Position numbers and translations under genes: made by a program. Source: Longimicrobiales bacterium (GTDB taxonomy: Bacteria; Gemmatimonadota; Gemmatimonadetes; Longimicrobiales; Gaopeijiaceae). Taken from it: 64,000 nt of DNA. Below are positions 57,330 through 64,000 of this stretch, piece after piece (position 1 is the stretch's first letter; every line of letters begins with the position of its first letter). The DNA is taken from the NCBI GenBank assembly GCA_965116905.1, contig OZ220732.1, positions 3,296,001 through 3,360,000 on the forward strand, in the 5' to 3' direction. The notes beneath the pieces are model-generated. The model saw only the letters and a program-made list of their open reading frames with translations, was not told where the DNA came from and did not search any database.

Positions 57330-57373
57330 ATGAGGGGAACTCATAGTATACTGCGAAAACACCTTTTCGTCAA
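57330..57373 (-). promoter_or_regulatory. Near-consensus sigma70 promoter with two inverted repeats
   Basis: Minus strand TTGACG(57368-73)-17 nt-TATACT(57345-50). CGAAAA-CACC-TTTTCG (57354-69) lies in the spacer and ATGAG-GGGAA-CTCAT (57330-44) over the expected start site. Confidence 0.75.
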
Positions 57374-57414
57374 CTGGCGTGCTCCCGGGTGGCGTGCTTA
57401 TCCTGTCCTCCACC

Positions 57415-58575
57415 ATGAGCCGGCGCACAGCTGTTCGTACCCACACGTTCACCGAGTCCGTCATCCGCGACATGACGCGGGTCGCGCGCCGGTTCAACGC
57501 GGTCAATCTGGCCCAGGGCTTCCCCGACTTCCCTGCTCCGCAACTGCTGAAGGACGCGGCGTGCAGGGCGATCCAGGACGACGTCAACCAATACGCCATC
57601 ACCTGGGGCACACCTGCGTTGCGTGCGGCCCTCGCGCGCAAGTACCGGGAATGGTACGGGATCGAGGTGGACCGCGACCGTGAGGTGACCGTCACCTGCG
57701 GGGCCACCGAGGCAATGGCCGCCGTGATGCTGGCGACGATCGACCCGGGAGACGAAGTCGTCGTCCTCGAGCCGTTCTACGAGAACTACGGACCGGACGC
57801 GGTCCTGTGCCAGGCGACGCCGGTGTTCGTGCCGCTGTCGTTGCCGGGGTTTCGGCTGGACCCGGATCGTCTCGAGCGGGCGGTGGGTCCGCGTACCCGC
57901 GCGATCGTGATCAACACGCCCAACAATCCCTCCGGCCGCGTCTTCGACGACGGCGAAATGGAGGCGGTTGCGAAGCTCTGCATCGAGAACGACCTCCTGG
58001 CGATCACGGACGAGATCTACGAGCACATCGTCTACGAGGGCGCGCACATTCCACTGGCCGGACTGCCCGGAATGCGCGAACGGACGATCATCATCTCCGG
58101 CCTGTCCAAGACCTTCAGCGTGACCGGATGGAGAGTCGGCACGATCGTTGCACCCGCCCACCTGACCGACGCGATCCGCAAGGTCCACGACTTCCTCACG
58201 GTCGGAGCGCCGGCTCCGCTCCAGGAGGCGTGCGCGGCGGGCATCGAGGCATTGGGAAGCGACTACTACGAGGGCATCGCTCGGGACTACCTGAGGCGCC
58301 GTGACGTGCTCTACACAGGGCTTCGCGAGTCGGGCTTCGCCTGCCGGCCGCCCCAGGGCGCGTACTACATCATGGCCGGCTATTCGGAGCTCAGCGCCCT
58401 CGACGACACCGCCTTCAGCACCTGGCTCGCCCGTGAATGCGGCGTCGCGCCCGTTCCCGGGTCATCCTTCTACAACCGGCACGAGGACGGGAACGGGCTG
58501 GTGCGCTTCGCCTTCTGCAAGAAGGTGGAAACCCTGGAGCGCGCGGTCGCGCGGCTCCGCCGCTTCTTCGCCTGA
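57415..58575 (+). CDS. Class I/II PLP aminotransferase (YbdL/kynurenine-methionine aminotransferase-like)
   Basis: NLAQGFPDF, NTPNNPSG, TDEIYEH, SKTFSVTGWRVG, RFAFCK. Confidence 0.92.
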   Translation: MSRRTAVRTHTFTESVIRDMTRVARRFNAVNLAQGFPDFPAPQLLKDAACRAIQDDVNQYAITWGTPALRAALARKYREWYGIEVDRDREVTVTCGATEAMAAVMLATIDPGDEVVVLEPFYENYGPDAVLCQATPVFVPLSLPGFRLDPDRLERAVGPRTRAIVINTPNNPSGRVFDDGEMEAVAKLCIENDLLAITDEIYEHIVYEGAHIPLAGLPGMRERTIIISGLSKTFSVTGWRVGTIVAPAHLTDAIRKVHDFLTVGAPAPLQEACAAGIEALGSDYYEGIARDYLRRRDVLYTGLRESGFACRPPQGAYYIMAGYSELSALDDTAFSTWLARECGVAPVPGSSFYNRHEDGNGLVRFAFCKKVETLERAVARLRRFFA

Positions 58576-58759
58576 GCCGGTCGCGGACCCGGCCCGTTTC
58601 GGGGGCCGTGAAACATCTTCGCGCGACAGGCGTATCTGACCACCGTGCGGCGAAAGGATTCCGGCGCGGTGCCGGGATCGGAGTCCGCCGCCGGGGCGCG
58701 GACAGCGTGAACGGCCAGCGCCCGAACCCAACATCCGCTTCAGGAGACGGAGAATCGAT

Positions 58760-59299
58760 ATGCAGATCAACACAGGATGGACCCGTGCCGCGATGGCGGC
58801 AGTACTGGTGGCCGGCAGCGCCGCTGCGGCTTCCGCGCAGACCACCGCCAACGTCCCCGTGGGCGAGATCGAAACCCTCGAGATGAAGGCTCAGGAGCAC
58901 ATGCAGAAGCTGGGCGACTGGGGCCGCGCGGCCACACTGTTCCGCCGGGCGGCCGAGCTTCGCCCGTCGAGCGACCCGGTGGGGGTGGACGACCTCCTTC
59001 AGGCGGCTCGCCTTGCCTACTACCACGGCGACAAGGGTGATGCCGTGCGTGACTTCGAGGCGGCAGGCCGGCGCGCGCTCGCGCTCGGCGACGTGATCGC
59101 GGCCGCGAACGCGTTCGTGGACGCCGCATGGGTCGCCGACGAGAACGGTCGTGGCGCGAAGGCGCTGGACCTGGTCGACCGGGCCCGGCTGCTCGCCAAT
59201 TCGCCCCTCATGCCGGACGAGATCCGGGACAACCTTCGGAACCGCTGGATCGAGTCGACGGTTTCCGCGGTCTCCACCACTTCCGGCGCGACCCAGTAG
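58760..59299 (+). CDS. Secreted alpha-helical (TPR-like) hypothetical protein
   Basis: AGGAG RBS, signal peptide ending ASA-Q, Ala-rich helical repeats. Confidence 0.65.
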   Translation: MQINTGWTRAAMAAVLVAGSAAAASAQTTANVPVGEIETLEMKAQEHMQKLGDWGRAATLFRRAAELRPSSDPVGVDDLLQAARLAYYHGDKGDAVRDFEAAGRRALALGDVIAAANAFVDAAWVADENGRGAKALDLVDRARLLANSPLMPDEIRDNLRNRWIESTVSAVSTTSGATQ

Positions 59300-59369
59300 C
59301 GCGACGCGGCAACGCGACTGAGCGCGACTGAAACGCACCGCCGGATGGCGCGGCGGGCGTTTGCATGCC

Positions 59370-59409
59370 GGACGGGGCGCCTCCGCCGAGGAGGCGCCCC
59401 GTCCTTTTT
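59370..59409 (+). terminator. Rho-independent terminator
   Basis: Perfect 15-bp stem GGACGGGGCGCCTCC / GGAGGCGCCCCGTCC, 5-nt loop, then TTTTT. A second hairpin precedes it at about 59331-59362. Confidence 0.9.
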
Positions 59410-62040
59410 CTAGTCTTCCGCCGCCCGGAGTACCTGCAGCGGTGTGGCACGGCCGCCTCCCCGCCCGCTGGCCGCGCCCGTGAGCACCGTCAGGCCCACC
59501 ACCGCCACCCATATGAGTGCGGTGGCACCCAGGGCGGGCCGGTAGTCCAGTCCGAAGAGGCGGACGGTCAGCAGCCAGCTGGCCGCGATGGACAGGACGC
59601 TGCCGGCAAGCCCCGCCAGGGCTCCGAGCGCGACGTATTCGCTCAGGAGGATCCGGCGTACCTGGTTGAACCTGGCCCCCAGCGTCCGAAGGAGGGCGCC
59701 CTCTCGCCGACGCTGTGCACGCGTCGACGCGATCGATCCCGTCATCACGATCAGCCCGGCGGCCGTACAGATCCCGGCCAGAATCCGAACGGCGGCGACC
59801 ACGCGCGAAAGAACGGCCTCGACCGTCTCCCTGATCGTCACCACGTCCAGAACCGCCACGTTGGGATGGTCCCGGACCAGCGCTTCCTGGAACCGGGCCC
59901 GATCGTCGCCGTCCGGCACGCTGGCGAGCATGATGCTGGTACGCGGCAGGTCCTCCAGCACGCCCGGCTCGAAGACCACGAAGAAGTTGGTGTCCAGGCG
60001 TGCCCAGTCCACGCTGCGCACATTGCCCACGACGGTCCGGATCTCCCTGCCGGCCACCGTCCACGTGATCTCGTCACCTACACCCACGCGCAGGTCGTCG
60101 GCCAGTTCCTCCTCGACCGACACACGGCCCGTTTGCGGCGATCCCGACTGCCGCGGTCTCCCGTCCTGCGTCCCCGCTTCCTGTGACCTCCCGTCCTGCG
60201 ACCCCGCTTCCTGCGACTTCGCTTCCTGCGGCACCGCTTCCCCACCATCCCACCACTCCCCCGCGACCACGGCCTCGCTCTCCTTCAACTCGGCGCGATA
60301 GGTGTTCCTGTACTCGCGCCGCAACGTCCAACGTTCGGGACGGCGTTCGTCGAGGCTGTCGGCCAGGATATCGGTTACGGGACGGCCGTTCAGCGCGGCC
60401 AGGCGGGCCGTCACCATCGGCGCCACCTCCGGCGCGCCCTCCGAGTACCGGCTCAGCAGGGCCTCGACCGGCGCCTCCTGGTCCGGCTGGATGTCGAAGA
60501 GGATCATGTTGGCCGCGTTGGCGCCGCGCTCGAAAGAAAGTTCCCTTGCGAGGTTGCGTTGCAGCTGGGCGATCACGCCCACCACGAGCACGCCGAAACC
60601 GAGAGCCAGCGTCACGGCGACCGTCTGGTTGCCGGGGCGATGGAGGTTGGCCACTCCCTGCCGTACCGTGTAGCCGAATCGACGCGGGAAGAACCTGCGG
60701 GTGCCGCGGGCGAGACCCAGCGCGACGAACCAGAGCAGCCCGGTGATCACCGCCAGGCCACCCGCGAACGACACGCCGGCCCCGGGCGACGGAGCCTCGA
60801 AAAGCGTGAGCGCCAGGACGGTCGCGGCAAGTAATGCCACGGCCGCAATCCGCTCGCGGTCCCGGCGCCGCGTACCCTCGGCCACCACCCGCAGGGTTTG
60901 CAGGGGTGAGACGTGCCGCACTTCCAGCAGCGGCAGGAGCGCGAAGATGAAGGCGATCCACGTCCCCAGCGCGAGCCCGAAAGCGACCGACCCGGCGGAG
61001 ATCGACAACTCGACCTCGACGGGCAGGACATCCCGGATGAGGAGGGGGAGGAAGCGCTGCACGGCGAGCCCGGCCACCACCCCGAAAACGGCGCCCACGA
61101 ATCCCATCCCGACCGATTGCAGAAGGTAGGTGGCAAACACCTGCCGGCGTGTTGCCCCCACGCAGCGCAGCACCGCGATGGATGTGAAGTTGGCGCGCAC
61201 GAACACGTTGACCGCACTGCCCACGCCGATACCTCCCAGCAGCAGCGCAGCCAGGCCGACCAGGCCCAGGTAGTCGGCGAAGAAGTCGGTGGACCGCGTC
61301 AGGGAGCGGGCGTGTTCCTCCGGCGTGCGAAACGACACCCGGGCGGCGCGCAGCACCTCTTCGTGCGCCTCCTCGATCTCGTCCGGATCCGCGCCCGCCG
61401 GAAGCCGGAGGTAGACGTTGTGCCTCGAAAGGCTCCCCGTTCCGAGAAGTCCGGTAGCCGGGAGCCGATCGTGCGCGACGAAGACGCGCGGTCCCGTGGC
61501 GGTCTGGAACCCCACGTCGGTGGGCAGGCCGGCTACGGTCCCCGCGACCACGAAGTCGGCACGCCCCAGGCGCAGGACATCGCCCGCTGCGATGCTCATC
61601 TGGGCCATCAGGGCGGGATCGACGAGCACGGCGCCCCGTGCCAGCCCTCCCCACAGGCCCGGCGGATCGGTGGTGACCTGTCCGTAGTAGGGGAAGCCGG
61701 GTTCCACGCCCCGCAATTGAACGAGCCGGGTGCGACCGCTCTCCTCGGCCAGCGCCATCGACAGGAGACCGGTCACCCGCGCCGCCTCGGCGCCCCCCGC
61801 CACCAGTGAGTCGACGATGCCCGTCACCGAATCGGGCAGCGGCCGGTTGGCCCCGATCCGGACATCCGCCCCCAGCAGGGTCCGGTTTTCCGCCTCGATC
61901 GAACGGACGACGTCGTCGCGGAAGGAGTGCAGCGCGACCAGGGCGGCGACGCCCACCGTGATCGACGTCATGTAGACCCCGAGGCGGCGTAGCGTGGCCC
62001 GCCACTGCCGCCGCGCCATGCGGAGGGGGAACGCGTCCAT
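59410..62040 (-). CDS. ybbP: YbbP-like (FtsX/MacB-type) ABC permease
   Basis: Two FtsX-like halves, LLGGADVR-like LLGADVR, IAVLRCVGA, LFDIQPDQ, VRSVDW...NFFVVF, LLRTLGA. Confidence 0.85.
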   Translation of the reverse strand: MDAFPLRMARRQWRATLRRLGVYMTSITVGVAALVALHSFRDDVVRSIEAENRTLLGADVRIGANRPLPDSVTGIVDSLVAGGAEAARVTGLLSMALAEESGRTRLVQLRGVEPGFPYYGQVTTDPPGLWGGLARGAVLVDPALMAQMSIAAGDVLRLGRADFVVAGTVAGLPTDVGFQTATGPRVFVAHDRLPATGLLGTGSLSRHNVYLRLPAGADPDEIEEAHEEVLRAARVSFRTPEEHARSLTRSTDFFADYLGLVGLAALLLGGIGVGSAVNVFVRANFTSIAVLRCVGATRRQVFATYLLQSVGMGFVGAVFGVVAGLAVQRFLPLLIRDVLPVEVELSISAGSVAFGLALGTWIAFIFALLPLLEVRHVSPLQTLRVVAEGTRRRDRERIAAVALLAATVLALTLFEAPSPGAGVSFAGGLAVITGLLWFVALGLARGTRRFFPRRFGYTVRQGVANLHRPGNQTVAVTLALGFGVLVVGVIAQLQRNLARELSFERGANAANMILFDIQPDQEAPVEALLSRYSEGAPEVAPMVTARLAALNGRPVTDILADSLDERRPERWTLRREYRNTYRAELKESEAVVAGEWWDGGEAVPQEAKSQEAGSQDGRSQEAGTQDGRPRQSGSPQTGRVSVEEELADDLRVGVGDEITWTVAGREIRTVVGNVRSVDWARLDTNFFVVFEPGVLEDLPRTSIMLASVPDGDDRARFQEALVRDHPNVAVLDVVTIRETVEAVLSRVVAAVRILAGICTAAGLIVMTGSIASTRAQRRREGALLRTLGARFNQVRRILLSEYVALGALAGLAGSVLSIAASWLLTVRLFGLDYRPALGATALIWVAVVGLTVLTGAASGRGGGRATPLQVLRAAED

Positions 62041-62041
62041 C

Positions 62042-62749
62042 CTACCCGACGGCCATGCGCTGCTTCTCCACGACACGGCCTCCCTCCAGGCGCAGGATCC
62101 GGTCGGCACGGCCCGCGAGTTCCCCGTCATGCGTGACCAGCACCAGGGTCGTTCCCGTGTCGCGGTTGAGCTGTTCGAGCAGCGCCGCAACCTTCGCGCC
62201 GGTCTCGCGGTCGAGATTCCCCGTGGGCTCGTCGGCGAAGAGGATCCGGGGACGATTCGCGAATGCGCGCGCGAGCGAGACCCGCTGGCGTTCCCCTCCC
62301 GAGAGCTGCACCGGGTAGTGATGGGCCCGGTCGCCGAGCCCGACGCGATCGAGAAGCGCAGCAGCACGGACCCTGGCATGGCGCGCGGAGTGGCGGGACC
62401 CGGCCGCCGCGGCGCCCGCCAGTTCCAGGGGCACCAGCACGTTCTCGAGCGCGGTCAGGGTGGGAAGCAGGTGGAAGGTCTGGAAAACGAAGCCGATGCG
62501 GTTGACCCGGAATCGCGCTCGCTCATCTTCAGTGAGGGCGTCGAGATCCTGCCCGTCGACGATGACCCGTCCGGCCGTCGGTCGGTCGAGCCCAGCAAGG
62601 AGACCCAGAAGGGTGGTTTTCCCGCTCCCAGACGGCCCAGCCACCGCCACGAATTCGCCGGCGGGAATCTCGAGTTCGACGCCCTTGAGCACCTCCAGCG
62701 GACGGCCGCCGCTCCTGAATGTCCGGGTGAGCCCGTGGGCTTCGATCAT
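62042..62749 (-). CDS. ybbA: YbbA-like ABC ATP-binding protein
   Basis: GPSGSGKT, GFVFQTFHLL, LSGGERQR, FADEPTGNLD, VTHD. Confidence 0.9.
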   Translation of the reverse strand: MIEAHGLTRTFRSGGRPLEVLKGVELEIPAGEFVAVAGPSGSGKTTLLGLLAGLDRPTAGRVIVDGQDLDALTEDERARFRVNRIGFVFQTFHLLPTLTALENVLVPLELAGAAAAGSRHSARHARVRAAALLDRVGLGDRAHHYPVQLSGGERQRVSLARAFANRPRILFADEPTGNLDRETGAKVAALLEQLNRDTGTTLVLVTHDGELAGRADRILRLEGGRVVEKQRMAVG

Positions 62750-63479
62750 CTTCCGCGCGATCCTTGTCCTTTCACCGGCCGCCTGGACGGCAACACTCGC
62801 GGCCTGCAGCGAAGGCTCAGACCGTCCCGGCACCCCGCCGGCAGCCGTCGCAACGCCCTCTGAAGCTGGCGAACGCGATTCGACGGGTACACCCCGCATC
62901 GTTTTCGTCGGGACGAGCCTGACCGCCGGCTACGGGCTGGACGATCCCGGACTGGCGTTTCCGGCCCTGCTCGGACGCCGCATCGCCGACGCCGGACACG
63001 GGTACCGGGTGGTCAACGCGGGCGTCAGCGGCGACACCTCGGCCGGTGGACGCGCGCGCCTGGCAAGCCTGCGCGAGCAGCACGGTTCCCGGCTGGCCGT
63101 GCTTTTCCTGGAGCTCGGTGCGAACGACGGTCTGCGCGGACAGAGTCCCGAGGCCCTCTTCGAGAACCTCGACTGGATGATCCGGGAGACACGGCTCCAC
63201 CATCCGGGGGTCGGCATCGTCGTGGCGGGGATGCAGGCCCCCACCAACCTGGGGATTGATTATACCGAGGCCTTCCGGGCGGTGTACCCGCGCATCGCCG
63301 AGGAGAACGAGGTTCTGCTGATTCCGTTCCTTCTCGAGGGCGTGGCCACGGTCCCGTCTCTCAACCAGCCGGACGGTATCCACCCCAATGCCGCGGGGCA
63401 CGAGGCCGTGGCCGGCCACGTCTGGTCCTTTCTCGGCAGCTACCTCGCCGACCGCTGCGCGTTGGACGGAGCCTGCTGA
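62727..63479 (+). CDS. tesA: TesA-like SGNH arylesterase, predicted lipoprotein
   Basis: Lipobox LAA-C, FVGTSLTAGYG, NAGVSGDTS, ELGANDGLRG, DGIHPN. Divergent from ybbA; GTG start is inferred. Confidence 0.85.
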   Translation: MSPWASIIFRAILVLSPAAWTATLAACSEGSDRPGTPPAAVATPSEAGERDSTGTPRIVFVGTSLTAGYGLDDPGLAFPALLGRRIADAGHGYRVVNAGVSGDTSAGGRARLASLREQHGSRLAVLFLELGANDGLRGQSPEALFENLDWMIRETRLHHPGVGIVVAGMQAPTNLGIDYTEAFRAVYPRIAEENEVLLIPFLLEGVATVPSLNQPDGIHPNAAGHEAVAGHVWSFLGSYLADRCALDGAC

Positions 63480-64000
63480 ATGCTGCGCACCGTGGCGCGT
63501 CCGGGCGTGATCGTGGCGGGCATCCTCGCCCTGCTGGCCGCCGCATTCCTGATCGTGGGCATCCTCCTGTCGGGGATCGTCGAGGTCCGGCGGACGGTGG
63601 AGATCGAAGCAGCTCCCGAGACGGTGTTCCCCTTCGTCAACGACCTGGAGGCGTGGACGGAGTGGACGCCGTGGGGCGAGGTGGACTCACGGCTCGAAGG
63701 CCCGCGCGGGGGCGCTGGCGCGCGCCGCGTTTGGGACGACCCCTCGCTGGGGTCCGGATCGCTGACGCTGCTGGACACGCGGCCGCCGGCAAGGGTGGAC
63801 TACCTCGTTGAAATCGAGGATGGGGCCATACGCTTCGAGGGAACGATCGCCATCGAGGCCGGGGGACCGGGATCGCTGGTCACTTGGACCGAGCGGGCCG
63901 ATCTCGGCTGGAATCCCATCCTGGGGTGGACGGCCCTGACGCTGGACGAGTCCCAGGGCCGGCAGTTGAGCGAGAGCCTCGAAATGCTGAAGCGGCTCGT
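63480..64000 (+). CDS. Membrane-anchored SRPBCC-family protein (3' end runs off the window)
   Basis: Not in the track. ATG at 63480: MLRTVARPGVIVAGILALLAAAFLIVGILL...VRRTVEIEAAPETVFPFVNDLEAWTEWTPW. Confidence 0.8.
   Translation, partial: MLRTVARPGVIVAGILALLAAAFLIVGILLSGIVEVRRTVEIEAAPETVFPFVNDLEAWTEWTPWGEVDSRLEGPRGGAGARRVWDDPSLGSGSLTLLDTRPPARVDYLVEIEDGAIRFEGTIAIEAGGPGSLVTWTERADLGWNPILGWTALTLDESQGRQLSESLEMLKRL

Noticed and set aside
57354..57369. LexA (Cheo-type GAAC-N4-GTTC) box
   Set aside because: The palindrome is CGAAAA-N4-TTTTCG, which differs in sequence and spacing; kept only as an unassigned operator.

Overview
GC-rich bacterial chromosomal window with about 45 densely packed genes. 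It is most likely from a diderm FCB-group organism such as Gemmatimonadota; this is inferred from gene content (SprA-like barrel, LptFG, DUF5916, choice-of-anchor B, DUF1592/DUF1552/ankyrin operon). I see no rRNA, tRNA, CRISPR array, prophage or IS element. Housekeeping genes: lptF/lptG, dapF-like, pdxH, rpe, rpiA, aroF, argR/argG/argH and tesA-ybbA-ybbP. The rest are many secreted hydrolases, transporters and a Phd-VapC toxin-antitoxin pair. The strongest signal is a selenoprotein that the ORF track splits in two (14902-15462). It has an in-frame TGA in a U-G-S-C-V-S-C motif, followed directly by a SECIS-like hairpin, and is translationally coupled to a Cys-rich thioredoxin-domain partner. 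The region around Sec resembles the GrdB/PrdB reductase active site, suggesting an uncharacterised selenium-dependent redox system. Other highlights: a DapF homologue with Ser at both catalytic Cys positions, a SprA-like translocon just upstream of comEA, a haem/Tat/ankyrin operon of unknown function, a sigma4 plus HARE-HTH protein with its own promoter and operator, and a structured argG leader. All family calls come from motif recognition, not database searches.
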